A DNA stretch of 63,818 nucleotides, filler included, from Collodictyon triciliatum (lineage: Eukaryota), in NCBI GenBank assembly GCA_043381765.1. It is 9 parts of 9 records of this genome, joined end to end, with 100 filler letters (N's around TTAATTAATTAA, not from the genome) between each part and the next. Parts side by side here need not be neighbours in the genome. Positions count along the whole stretch, not along the records: positions 28,937 to 36,062 come from JBHJMP010004044.1; positions 36,163 to 43,287 come from JBHJMP010004045.1; positions 43,388 to 50,515 come from JBHJMP010004046.1; 6 more parts are not named here. One strand, written 5' to 3'. Under the pieces are notes generated by a model that saw nothing but the letters and a program-made list of their open reading frames with translations, did no database searches and had not been told where the DNA came from. Shown here piece by piece: positions 30,148 through 45,430 of this stretch. Each line of letters opens with the position of its first letter. The first letter of the stretch is position 1. Position numbers and translations under genes: made by a program.

Positions 30148-33100
30148 CTACTTGAAGCATCTGTCCATAAAGGCTGTGAAGCGAGCGGAATATGCGTCTG
30201 GAGAAACCACCGATATGGTAGACGAGTCTGCATCGCGGATGGTCGAGACACGGTACAGATGCTCCAGTTTCTTTTTAGCATCTGGTTTACGAGTGGATGT
30301 TTGATATAGCAATTAATATCATTAGATTCAGAATTATGATGATGCTACATATTCTCGCATAGTGGATGTATACTGCAAATGACTATGCATAATTTTAACT
30401 GTATTCTTGTAGGATGTCAATGACGCCAAAGTAGAGTATGATAGGGTCGCCAGCGCGAGTGAGAGCACAAATGCCACCATCATCTTTTTGGAAGAGGCTG
30501 TGGTGCTTACTGGATCAGAATGCAAATAGTCAGCAGGGCGGCACAAAATCACCCAAAAAAGTGACTCGCGGTTTTGTTGCATTATATTTGAGGAGAATAT
30601 GCAATTGAAAACGGGTACATATTTTAAATGTGACAGAAACAACCTCAAAGCATCAGAGCCAAACGCAACGGGCTTTCTTTCCTTGAAAACGGGAGTTTCA
30701 TGGTCATCGACTAGTTCAGCGGTTCATTAAGTACCAAAATACAAGTCGTCGTATTTAACTTCATAAATAATTAATTAATGAAATAGAAAATTTTAATTAG
30801 GAAAATATGACAGTGAGATGAAAATGGATTGCTAAGGGCAATACCTATGGCTAACTCGTAGTGGACCCCAAAGAAAAGGCTGTAATCCATGATACCCAGT
30901 CTCTCCAGAAACTATTGTATAAATGATTTTTTTGGTTCAAAATTCAGGAGGAAAAAGCGGGTTAGCAAATAAAGTACCGCCGCATCGCGCTGTAGTTGTT
31001 CCTGAAATTGTGGTTTAAGACCAAGAAGATTTATATCTGTATATGAAATGCAAACGCACCAAAATGTGAAAATCACATAGACCATCGGCAATAAACAATT
31101 AAATTGGAAAAAAAGGACATATGTAATGTTATTTAGTGATTGCTTGATATGACCTTCTTGCATCTCAACAAAATCGACGTCCTTAAATGTGACAGCATCT
31201 TTATCCCGATTCTCCAATGGCGTAAATCGCCCATACTTAGACCCCTGGATACATAAAAATTTTACAAAAAAATAAGTAAACTCTTCCACAATGAATTTGA
31301 ATCAAGCAAGAACAGAGCAAGAAAACAACAAGCCAAGTGCAATGGCTTAATGTCCAAACCTTCAAATCATATCGTTCGTGTATATCTTTCGATGTTTGTA
31401 AAATATTGTTCATAATGACCATACGAATACCTCTATGAATAAATACTAGTTAGTTCCAAAGAGTGAGATTTGAAGAAGAAGAAAAAGAAGGAATATATAT
31501 GGAAAAACAAGGATGAAAGTGATAGCAGTATTCATACGAGTTTTTTTTTATACACGATTCATATTTGTCTTTACCTTCCTTGTGTCGTGGTGATACGAAA
31601 ATGCCCGTAAAATCGAGTAAGGAGCAGATTCGGATTATTTGTGAAATGCTAATGTCAAGGCCAGTAAATACATACATATATATCATTCGAACGAAATATT
31701 GAGGCCTATGTATCTAAGTGACTCTCTTCAGTTGGTTCATGGACTGGAAAAGATTGATACCTGGTAATATTCCGGCATAATCATTCGCAAAAATTTAGAT
31801 TCTCTCTTGGATATTGTTTTTATGACAAATCGATTGTCCTGGGAAAGATAAAAGAGAGCACCACTCTTTCCTGGCGTTGGGAGCTCCCGCAAAGCATCGT
31901 TACCGCACAACGAAACCTGTTGGTTGATAAAACATTATTCATTTCATGCAGGCTCGTTATACTAGAAAGAAAAAGCATCGAAACCTACATTGTGATTAAA
32001 AAAAAAGTTCAGTTTAACGCCTCACCATGAAATCGCCAGCATCGATATTGAACTGCTTTCTAAATTGCTGAAAAGCAGCTGGATTGTAATCTTTCCACTT
32101 GAAATCTGTTGATGAATGTGCCGGGGTTTCGTTCGAACCTTGTCTATAATTAAAAAAGAAAAGCAAATGTAATTGTCTTGGGGCTTCTAATACAGAAAAA
32201 AATTATTATTTTCTATATTTATTCACATATAGATCATTTACATAGACCCACTTTGGAAATGTTCTCTTGATTGAATGATTTATATCTGCAACGGTTGTTG
32301 GTTGCGATTCGGTCTTAATTATTCTCCCAACCTACCATATCCAGAAGCGAGCACGAAAAATGATAAAAAAAATGATAAAAAAAATGATAAAAAAATGATA
32401 AAAAAATGATAAAAAAATGATAAAAAATGATAAAAAATGATAAAAAATGATAAAAAATGATAAAAAATGATAAAAAAATGATAAAAATAAAAATGATATT
32501 AATATCACTTGATTATGCATATCATAAACTCATCAGGACACATACAGTCGAAACTGTAAAGAAAATGAGAATATGTCAACTAAAAAGGACAAAATATCTT
32601 TGTTTAGAAGCGATCCACAAGGGAGACAATCACGATTATAAAAGTCGGCAGGCTAATAAATACGAGTTTCACAAGAAATGAAGCTGTACTGAATAGCGGA
32701 TGCCCAGTTGGATATTTGTCATGATATCGTAACTAGGATGCCCCTTGTAAATGGTGACTCCCTGGACTGTCTTGCGGTACTTGATTTTGCGCCGACTTGG
32801 CTGTCCACTATGTTCAGGCGGAGGAGTAGACTCATCTACTTGGTATACTTGGCGTAAGAAAACAAACAAACACAAACACAAACACAAAAACAAAAAACAA
32901 AAAACAAAAAACAAAAAACAAAAAACAAAAAACAAAAAACAAAAAACAAAACCAAAAAACAACCAAAAAAAAAAACAACAACCAAAAAACAAATGGAAAA
33001 ATAAAACTGCCTCTTAACAAGGAAAGACAAACATTCTAGCCCTGATAAACACGATAGCCATTCAAAAGCCACAAGTCATGAACAGTCAACACGCATGTGG

Positions 33101-33276
33101 GAGAGCGACAGCAGACGAAGAAAGCGCAAGAAAAAGAGAAAGGATAATACAGTGTTTCCAGGGCCTTACGAACCAAAGACAAAGCCGTTCAGAGACGCCC
33201 CCCTTGAAAATCTGCGGTAGCCATGCGGCAGCTTTGTTTCCTGCAACGTGGCATCGGTCTGATCATCTGAAGCCAT
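30148..33276 (-). CDS. PIP5K: Phosphatidylinositol-4-phosphate 5-kinase
   Basis: GVTIYKGHPSYDIMTNIQLGIRYSVG, DFKWKDYNPAAF, LRELPTPGKSGALFYLSQDNRFVIKT, LLTRFYG, MNNIL..IHERYDLKGS, FKDVDF, IMDYSL, LYFGVIDILQEY, KKLEH, ISVVSPDAYSARF; stop TAG 30148-30150. Start codon tentative. Confidence 0.95.
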
Positions 33277-33833
33277 CTTCCTTCTTTCCTGAGCAGCCGT
33301 TTAGTCGAACTTGCAATATCCTTTTTCCTTTATCCTTTTTTCTTTTTTTCTTCTTTTTGCTACAATTATTTTATTATGTTGTACATTTCAACGGGCCAAC
33401 GCCAGTTAGGGTTGCTGCTCCGTTTGCTTGTGTGTTGATGAGTTGCCCAGCATAAGAGCATCACAAAGGTAACTCGTTTGACCATTTGGCAGGAAAATGC
33501 TTGAAGCAAATTAAGATAATAGCAAATAACGAAAAAAAAAACTGAAAAAAAAGTAAGCAACATAGTCACAGAAGTGAGTGTTCTGTCACACTGTGCCATT
33601 TAATAAAATATGTCTGTTTGGTGCTTCGAGGAAGATAAAATAAAAATTGGCATCAACACAACCCAGCGATTCGTGGAAAATAGACTACTCTGGAATTTAT
33701 AGTTTATGCAAGCGTTGGCGACATAGGTTCTTACTTTCCCACCATAAAAGCAAAGAGGAAAAGAAAGAGAAGTGGGAACATGTCATACTTGAACCGAAGT
33801 TGCGTGTTTATCCCTGTGTCCTAGTCTTAAGCT

Positions 33834-35759
<1,926 letters not shown>

Positions 35760-36269
35760 TCAACAACCCTCGCAAATAGAATAGCACCTTGTAATAAATA
35801 TATGTAGAAAAACAAAACAAAACAAAACAAAACAAAACAAAACAAAACAAAACAAAACAAAACAAAACAAAACAAAACAAAACAAAACAAAAAACAAAAA
35901 CAAAAGACAAAAAGACGAAACAAAAACAAAAACAAAAACAAAAACAAAATAAAAAACAAAATAAAAAACAAAAAGACAAAAAAGACAAAAAGACGAAACA
36001 AAAACAAGACAAAAAGACGAAAAGACGAAAAGACAAAAAGACGAAAGTCAAAAACCAAACAANNNNNNNNNNNNNNNNNNNNNNNNNNNNNNNNNNNNNN
36101 NNNNNNTTAATTAATTAANNNNNNNNNNNNNNNNNNNNNNNNNNNNNNNNNNNNNNNNNNNNCCCTGAGTTGTCATGCTGTATTTGTCGAAAATATGATG
36201 TTAATAATATCATTGAAGAAAAATTTTATATACTTAGAATATATTAAGAGAAATAAATTGAAGGCTAAC

Positions 36270-37554
36270 GAACCAAAGTCAACCCCTCCTCCATCTTGTA
36301 CAAATTGAAAGGGAAAAACAAACAAACAAACAAACAAACAAACAAACAAACAAACAAACAAACAAACAAACAAACAAACAAACAAACAAACAAACAAACA
36401 AACAAACAAAAAAAAAGGACAAAAAGACAAAGAAAGACAAAGACAAAAAATAGGATACCTATTACCTATTACCATCCAAAATTAATGCTTCGAGCATATT
36501 AGGTTTCTGCAGCGCTTTTCCTATAATGATACCACCAATCTTACTAAGACCTGTGTGTCTTGCCTCCAAGTTCTTTTAAAACAGAAATGACTTAATCAGT
36601 AGCTCGGTAAGGGTATGTCTAAATATATTTTTTTTGTACCACAAAGCCAGGTGTTAAATAATTCGACAGTAATTTATATCATACAAATAATGAGACAATA
36701 CGAAATAAGAGTGTTAACTAATAACCTTTAAATTCGAAGGACTTTGAATGATGAAGGTAAAGAACGGAGCACCTCCATCCCCTATTTCATTCCTTGATAT
36801 AACTAAAGACTCAACAAACGACCGCATAATCGCCCTGCAAATCGACTCAAATCCTTGACAATCTGATATAGGGTACAACATAAGAGCTTATGCTATTTGA
36901 TTCCATATGCTATTATACAAACTTTACTACGTAAAAAAAATATAATTAAAATAACAAAGTAGGTATTCTCATGTAAATATGATATGAATAGCTGGCGATA
37001 CATCATATTTTTTTCCCGCTTCGAACATACCTATGCCATTGCTTCCCAAATCGATGTGGAGTAAAGAGGGGTTTTGATATATAGATTTTGCGATGGCTTC
37101 TGTTCCTTCGGTACTTATTCCATTCCCATTCAAGGAAAGGTACGTAAGTACCTGTTAATATTTCGCCAAATTCGAGACAAAATAAGGACGTATATGAGTA
37201 AAGTTAACATGTAGAACACTTTTAAATCCCAACTTGCAAAGTACATTGAATAAAATGAAAAGATTTTCTTGACAAATGACCCAAAGCAACAAGTTTTACA
37301 TCACTCTTTATTTTGTCCTCTCTCTCTCTTCCTCTGCTACAAACCTGATTTTTTGTCAACATTTCTGAGATGGCTTGTGCTCCACGAATACCGAGGTGAT
37401 TTCGGCCCATATTTCCAAGTAATCTGTGTTAATGGTTACATCTCTAAATTACGTATTGAATTCCAAATGATCACCATTATTCAAATAGAATATGATATTT
37501 GACAAACCAGAAATATATTAAAAGATAATAAAGATAATAAAGATAATAAAGATG

Positions 37555-37650
<96 letters not shown>

Positions 37651-39200
37651 GAAAACCCTAGGTCAATATGCGTCAAGGTTTTGTTAGATTTTATTGCTTC
37701 ACACAGAGATATTCCACCTTTTAGAATGATAATTGTGTTTTTTTTTTAAAAAAAAAATTAATAATTTTCTCAATATTTAGAAAGTTTCTTTTTGGAGACT
37801 TTATTTTGGGAAAAATAGTGTGCAATGAATTCATCATGAACTATGAATAAAATTATCTTGTTTACCATTTATACCGATGGCACAGCTTTTAAGGTCCAAT
37901 ATAACCAATGATCTGTTTGTCATCAACATGGATGCAATAGCTGATGCACCACGGTCTTTTATTTCATTAGAACTCCTAAATCGAATGAGTAGATATATTT
38001 GGAGTCAGTATTATGATGAAAATATTGCACTCATACCAAAGGGTATGATATTTTTGCAAATAGCATATATGAAGAAAAAGTGTTAGTCCCGTCAATTTTT
38101 GATATATATATATATATATATGAATACAAGATTCGTCTATGAAAAGAGCGTACATATCGAGTTGGATGATAAAATCGTCTGTGGCAAGCAGTTGTGCAAC
38201 TGCATAAGCAGACGTGGGGCCTTAAATAAAAGAAAAATGTATTGTCAATATCTGAGTAAATACACTGTTAGTTAGTGGGAAAAGTTTAGCATAAATCTGT
38301 TCAATTGATTGCCTAAAATAGAGTCCCTTAGATTCAATACAGATGTTTGAGCAGCCTCGATAAACATATCTTGGAATCTCTGTCTGCGAACTTCTGAAGC
38401 TCCAACATTCATATCCTGCAACATTCAAAATGTGATCATGAAATCTAGGAGTTTTGGATGATCATTTTTTGTGGATATGCAAGCAAATGAGAACATCATT
38501 AGAGTATAGTGTTATGACTCATGCGACATAGAAAATATACGAAAAGTGGTTATTGGGTTGACTTGTACCGTAATCTTAGCAGTGTACACATGTTGTGCCC
38601 ACAATTTCATGACCTCTTCAACATAAAGCTACAAGATAGCGAACAACATCAATAACACGAAGGCATTCCATTAGTTGCAAATACAAACGCAAGATATGCA
38701 GACCATGAGCTCCAAGCGGGAAAAAATGGAGTAATCAAGCTGCTTTTTTTTTTTTTTGCCAACCTACTTTATTATCGTTCCACGAAACTGTGGGTAGATC
38801 AGTAGGTATGAGAGAGAGGTTTTGCTCAGCTCCATCAGTCGCGAATGTCTGAACGAGTTTAATCAGGATGAAGTATTTCTCGATATAAATTCGGGGATTT
38901 GATTCGGGATTGCAGTCTCGAAAATGCATATGTATGCCAAAGAAACGCCACAGAATAAATCGGGTGTGTAGACAGAAGTAGGCACCCACGCGAAGGGATG
39001 CAGCTGACGAGAACGAGCGGAGGGAAATCGGCGGTGATATCGGGCGACTGCGATCGAGAGCGCTTTCGGACCATGTCTGGCGGTGAGTAGATACCAAAGT
39101 TTATATATGTATGTTCTTCCTTTCTATTTGTGCGAGAGTGTGGAGGTTTCGGCATTGGTTCGCTAGCCTTAGATATCGAAGCTTCTGGCGGGTGCCTCAT
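36270..39200 (-). CDS. Ribonuclease-inhibitor-type leucine-rich repeat protein, 3'-truncated
   Basis: Spliced ~28-aa LRRs: SSNEIKDRGASAIASMLMTNRSLVILDL, RNHLGIRGAQAISEMLTKNQVLTYLSLNGNGISTEGTEAIAKSIYQNPSLLHIDLGSNGI, SRNEIGDGG. Start tentative. Confidence 0.85.
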
Positions 39201-39459
39201 GTTTCGGCCGAACGTATGCAGCCGTCGTTGTGCAGGACGTTTTTTTAGGTCAATGCCTTTCAGTCTGTAAGCGACTCAAGGGGAATGAGAAGTTGGTGAC
39301 TAAGAAAGGATGTGGCATACGTAGCGAAAGGAGCCTGATCCGCCACCGGACTGGAGACGAATGCGCGAGGGTGTGATTGGCAGACGCTTAAGTGGTGGCG
39401 CAGTTGAGCGAGGAGGTGATCGGGCTTGGGACATTGTGCTATGGTGTTTGTGTATCGTA

Positions 39460-39566
<107 letters not shown>

Positions 39567-39599
39567 CCTGCGTGCAAATGTCTGTTTATTCGTAGTTGC

Positions 39600-42264
39600 T
39601 CACAGGTCGGAGACACTCTGGCCTTGGCGGGTGACCACGCAGAGCCTTCCGCTGGGACCGAAAGCCGCGCCACACAGCCCGCCAACCTCGCTTGTGGTTG
39701 CCAAGACGCCGTCCTGAGTGTAGACGGAGATGCGCTGGAGACTTGTGTCGGCTATCGCAAAGCCACCCTTTGAATCGCACGTGAGGGCTGCGCTGTCCTC
39801 GCGCGTCTTGTGCACGGCGATTTGCCGCAGAAAGCGGCCGTCCAGCGTGTGGACCATGACACAGTCGCTGCCCGTTGCCATGGCGTAAATCTCGCCCTTG
39901 GGGCTGATGCCCAGCGAATCGACGCGCCCAACAGGGTTTGCTGATGCCCTGTCTCCAATCAGCTGCACAAACCTGCCGTCCGGGGCGAACTTGTGGATCC
40001 GCTGGTTCGATGTGTCAGCGACGTAGATGTTGCCGTGTGCATCGCAGGCTACCGCGCGGGGAAGATTAAACTCGCCTTCGCCGACCCCGATCTGCCCAAT
40101 GGTACGCAGCTGCTCGCCGGCACAGTTGACCAGTTGTAGGCGGTTGGCCAGACGGTCAAGCACAGCCAGGGTGACTCCGTCTGCAGAGAATGCCAGGGCA
40201 CTCACCGACAGCACCTCTCCTCGCCCACTCCCGCGTTTGAGGATGGTTCTCTTAAGCACAAATGCCTTGGAAAACACCCTGATTCTCGCGTTGGTGGTGT
40301 CCCCCACATACATGTCGCCTGTCACTGGATGGACAGCTATGGGTGTGGCTGGTTGCTGGCAGTCCTCGGCTGGGTCGTGGCAGAAACCCCTGGATGCCTT
40401 ATATCCAATCGAGTCGATTATGTCTGGGCTGGCAGAGTCTTTGCTTCTCGACATTAATGAGGGTGTGAACGAGGACATGCTTTGCGTGACTGCGCTGATG
40501 GATGGCGCCTTTGGATTCGGGTGGTTTTGTCCGTGGGGAAGTTGTTGCGATTGTTGGGGCTGTGATTGAGGCTGGGGCTGTGATTGAGGCTGGGGCTGTG
40601 ATTGAGGCTGAGGCTGGGGCTGGGGCTGTCGATTCTTGGACAACTGGGGTTGGGTGTTTGATTTTACTCCAGTGGCGATGATGAATTGGTCGAAGCTAGT
40701 TCGTATGTTCTGGAGGTCTTGCTCTTTGGCGTGCAGATCGTTTTGAAGACAAAATATTGTCTGGTGCGCTTCATCGAGTCGACGCTGGAGGATGGTACTT
40801 TCTGTTCGAAAGAATTCCACGTCAAACTGCATGGACTTTTCGCGGATCAATACCTGCTCTGATGTAAGAAACGTTGGGAGTGGCTCCAAGAACCCTCGGC
40901 TAGGGTCCTTGAACTTTGGCACATCTCTTTGCAAATTGGACTCCAGGTAATCTCTGGCAGTAGGTAGCTGTGAAAGAGAGCGCTCCGTGAGAAAGTTGCT
41001 CACAGCATCAATACCAATCTGCAAGCCGTTGGCTAGCTGGCTATGGTAGGCAACCAAATCGTCGTTCTGTGCTTTGATATCCTGAAAAACGCTGGAGAAG
41101 TGATTGACAATCTAGAGACAGTAAGACCGATGATGTAATTTCATTTTGTTGTTTCGTTAATTAATTGCTCAATTATCTAATGACTAATTATTTTGTAAAC
41201 CTTTTCTTGGTATTCAGTCTCCATCTCAGCGATCGATTCTCTTAAAGCTGTGAAGTGTTCCTTTGCTCTTGATTGGACATCTTCCATGTACTCATAAGTC
41301 TAAAATTTTTTATTTTGATTATTTATTATTTTTTTTTAAAAAAAAAGAAGCTCTTCGACGCCCCGAAATATTAAATAAAATAAAAAATAGAACGATTGAT
41401 TAGTATGTTTATTCAATTTTCTTTCTTATTTTTTTTTCCGTACAGGGATAGGATAATGTGTGAATAAAAAAAAAAAAAAAAAAAAAAAAAAGAAGAGATG
41501 GCATATTTGCAAAAGGACGAAACCTTTGTGCGCGCTTGTGCGATGTCTTCTCTCGCTTTTTCAATTTCCTGGATTCTGGCAAGTGTGGTATGCTCCAAGA
41601 CGCCTAGCTTGTTGACAAGGCTCTTACAGCCCTCTTCAAAGGTGAGCAAGTCTTTCGTGACACCAGCAGCCTGGTTTTCCTTGGCACACTCAAGACACTG
41701 GAAGGGCTCCAGCTTGACGAGGCTACAGTAGTAGGTGAGCGGGGCGTTTGCATGCTTCGGACAAGAGTTGTCGATTTGGTTTGCAGAGACAATGAGATCG
41801 TCGAGCAGCGGCCTGTTTGCAGCGGAGCGGGTGAGCAGGAGGCTGGTAGCAGAAGCCAGGGGAAGAGCGGACAGAGAGGAGCAAAGGGAAAAGAAAAAGA
41901 AAAAGAAAAAGAAAAAGAAAAAGAAAAGAGAAAAGAAAAAGAGAAAAGAAAAAGAAAAAGAAAAAGACACGCACTCGCAGCGATGCTTCTTTGTGAACTT
42001 GCTCTTGGCGTGGTCTGCATAGCAGGTGTGGCAGAGCAGGCCGCAGAACTGGAGGCAGCGGTAGGAGGCGACGTTGCCGCACTTGCGGAGGGAGCAGGTG
42101 AGGGGGACGGCGCCGTCCAGGGTGTACTCGCGCAGCCACGAGCGGTACGGTTCGGGGGCGGCCTCGTCCAGCCAGTTGGGCCAGCGGGGGCTGTGGCCGG
42201 GCGGCGCGTCGGGCTGCCTCTTCCTTGCGGGGCCGGCCGGCGGATCGGCGGGGGCTGCGGCCAT
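39600..42264 (-). CDS. B-box / coiled-coil / NHL-repeat protein (RING-less TRIM-NHL-like), 4 exons
   Basis: ATG 42264. B-box-like C..C..YRCLQFCGLLCHTCYADH..H and CPKH..YYC..QCLEC; coiled coil; QP-rich linker; NHL repeats (MYVGDTTNARIRVF, GEGEFNLPRAVACDAHGNIYVADTSNQRIHKF). Confidence 0.88.
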
Positions 42265-42546
42265 GCGGCACGGTTCGGGGGCGTCCTGTCCTCTCTGTGT
42301 TTGCTTCGTCAGTCCTCCTCCCCTCTCCCACGCCCGCCCTCTGCTGCCCCTGGCTCGGAGGCCACGCCCCGTGTGTTCTGCCCGCCGCCTCCGCCCTGCT
42401 TGAGACGCCCAAGGCTCCCGCGGAAACGCCGTTGCAGAACGCGTTGGCCACAGCACAAACGTGGAAAATACGTCTGCCGCACGACACCACAGACAGAGGC
42501 CGAAGCGGTGGCAGAGGGCGAGACAGGAGCAGAGGCAGAGACGGAG

Positions 42547-43177
42547 ATGTTCAGACGGTTGTGGCGGCTCCAACAGGCGACGAGACATGGCGGGCGGGCA
42601 ACAGCAACAACAGCAGCAACAGCAACAGCAACAGCAACAACAACAGCAACTACAGCAACAGCAACTACAGCAGCAGCAACAGCAACAACAGCCGACGCGC
42701 GGGCGAACCTCGTGGGGCTGCGGCGGGCAGAGCTGCGTGCGGCGCTGGAGGCCAAGGGCGTGGAGGGCTTCCGCGCAGGCATCGTGTGGCACTGGGCGTA
42801 CCGGCACGGGGCGTCGGCGTTTGCGCAGATGAGGACGCTGTCCAAGGTAGTAGCAGCCGCCGCCCCGCCGTGCACACGCGCCGACCCGGCCTAACCGCCT
42901 GCCTCCCCCGCAGAAGGCCGCCTCCGCCCTCGACCGCTGCTTCCGCCTGGACTTCGGCGGCGTGGCTGCGCACCAGACGGCCGGCGACGGCACGGCAAAG
43001 CTGCTTGTCCGCTGCCCCGGCTCCCCGGCCGAGATCGAGACCGTCTTCATCCCCGACCGCCGCAGAGGCACCGTCTGCGTGTCCAGCCAGGTCGGCTGCA
43101 GCCTCGCCTGCTCCTTCTGCCACACCGGCACCCAGAAGTTTGTGCGCAACCTCACTGCCGCCGAAATCGTCTCTCAG
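42547..43177 (+). CDS. rlmN: RlmN-family radical-SAM RNA methyltransferase with probable mitochondrial presequence, 3'-truncated
   Basis: [17 protein letters not shown], Ala/Thr tract, [25 protein letters not shown], intron 42847-42913, then [36 protein letters not shown] (CxxxCxxC), [11 protein letters not shown]. Confidence 0.93.
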
Positions 43178-43429
43178 GTCCTCTTTTCTTTTCTCTCTTT
43201 TCTTTTCTCTCTTTTCTTTTCTCTCTTTTCTTTTCTCTCTTTTATCTTTCTCTCTTTTCTTTTCTCTCTTTTATCTTTCTCTCTTTTNNNNNNNNNNNNN
43301 NNNNNNNNNNNNNNNNNNNNNNNNNNNNNNNTTAATTAATTAANNNNNNNNNNNNNNNNNNNNNNNNNNNNNNNNNNNNNNNNNNNNAACAAGAACACAG
43401 GGATTTTCTTTATATTTGGTTATTTTGTA

Positions 43430-44150
43430 GTAGGTACAATCTTGCAATTATTCACAATTATACCAGAAAAATATCTGTAAGTTTAAGAAGTAATTTGTTT
43501 ATGGTTTTATGTCCTGTGCAAGGTATTTCATTAGCGATGATGTTTTGGTGGATTCCCCATTTTTTATTTGTTTTTTTTTGTTTACAGTTGTTATTTGTTA
43601 GGATAACTATATCTAAAGTTTTATGGCTCCATTTTTATATATACGCTTGTACTTTATGAGATGGGTTTCATATGCTTTGATTTCTTCGATTTATTTGTAA
43701 GATTAGCGTCCCAAGAAATATCATATGACAGTAACACAGCTCTCTTGGGTTTTATCTCGACTTTGTTTCTCTTCACGGTCTCATAACTACCAACGTTCTT
43801 TTGCTGATTTATATTAGTTTTCTGGCATCAAAATAATCATATCGATTATGTGTATGATTATTTAAATGCATCTAAACAATATATTACTATGTCAGGTCAA
43901 ACAATCGAGGGTTACACAAATTTAAAAAGAGAGAAAATAATAATATATAAAATCAAGCCTTTACGTCGTGGTCTGGACTTCGTGGTCAGCGTCACAGTCA
44001 GTGTGCATCATGGAGTATTGATTTATTAATAATTTTTAAGTGAACAACAGAATCGATATTCTAGTCTTACAGGGACTGTATTTTGATTATTCAGCGTATG
44101 ATGATTACATATACAAAGCCAACAATGCACTAGCCATGGCATATAATTAA
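43430..44150 (+). CDS. 3' exons of an unidentified, probably membrane, protein
   Basis: Series of short AG/GT-bounded segments (GTAAG donors near 43477 and 43696) with hydrophobic translations. Frame not resolved. Confidence 0.25.
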
Positions 44151-45430
44151 AAATATTTTGTATGAATATATTAAAAATGTATGCTGTTTTATTTGTTTCA
44201 TGACGTATTAATCTTGCTCCATAACCTGAATCATCACTTTACAACTAATATCTCATAGATGTAAGATAGTCTTGCACTGTTTGCATTTTTTATCGTTCGC
44301 ATGCTTATGAAAGCAATCAAATATTTATTTCATAATAATAAAAGAGTTCCTGACAGTATTAGCAGTATCCTGTTCAAATTGATTTATTACGAGAATTTTT
44401 TAATTCTTGATTGTACTTGATTAATTTTTTCATGAAAAAGTATATCGATATGTTGGTTGTAACATGTTGCTTATATACAGTATTCAAGTCCGAATGGGTA
44501 TTTAAAAGGTAAATCAGATTATACACCTATAAAATACTCGATACGAAGAAACCAATCTATCCATACAGTAAGCACCCTCCAAAAAGTCATATAAGTTAGC
44601 TGTCTATTAAAAATTTTAATGTTACTGTGTCTATACATATTGAAAACAATATTTAGTTATTAACCTATTCATCATTATAAACGTTAGCATCTGCATTAAT
44701 CAAAATAAAAAGTAAAAAACCCTTCAAAATTAGCCTGTGTAAAGGTTACGTGCCCGAAGGTAAAAACAGTTTCTACGGATTTGCTTTCCCGGCATAACAC
44801 TGTAGAAAAACACCAAATGAAAACGCGCGTAAATATGCATTGGTAAAAAAGGGCGGATAATAGCGTCAAACAAATATGAGCTCTATGACCTAAAAACAAG
44901 AGTAAAAAAGAAATGCAAGTGATTAGCGAAGAAGCGAAGCATATCAGACGTGTTTTTTTGGGGATTGCAAAGCAAAAGCAGAGTCAAATATTCTTATTTT
45001 TTGCTTTATTGTTATTTGCCCAGTCGCGTTGCACACAAATATTTATGATACAAAAAAGTAGAAAGTAAAAAAATATGGTATGTGTTTCCAGAAGCTTTAG
45101 ATTTATGAATATAATATAACTGTGTTCAATCCGTCTTGATGGAGCACACGACTGAATGGACGCCCCTGAATGCTACCTATCTCTGGACATATACCAAAAT
45201 ACATATTTTTGTTTTGGATATACACTACTAGGCGGGATGGCAAAACATACGACCCATGCTCGTTCATTTTTTTTTCACTTGCCGCAGTCATTAGAAAACA
45301 AAATATTATATGGTCGATATCATACAGAGTGAATCATTTGCTTTTTTTTATTTTTATTTTCTATGTTCTGGTTTGCATTTATTTTGTTTTGGCAGTGTTT
45401 TTGGCTGTTTTATGTCACCAATAGGGAGCT

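Noticed and set aside
41413-43155. 580-aa ORF and overlapping poly-Q/poly-C ORFs in the ORF track
   Set aside because: By-products of GC-rich, stop-poor sequence. The real coding parts are the B-box exons (minus) and RlmN (plus).
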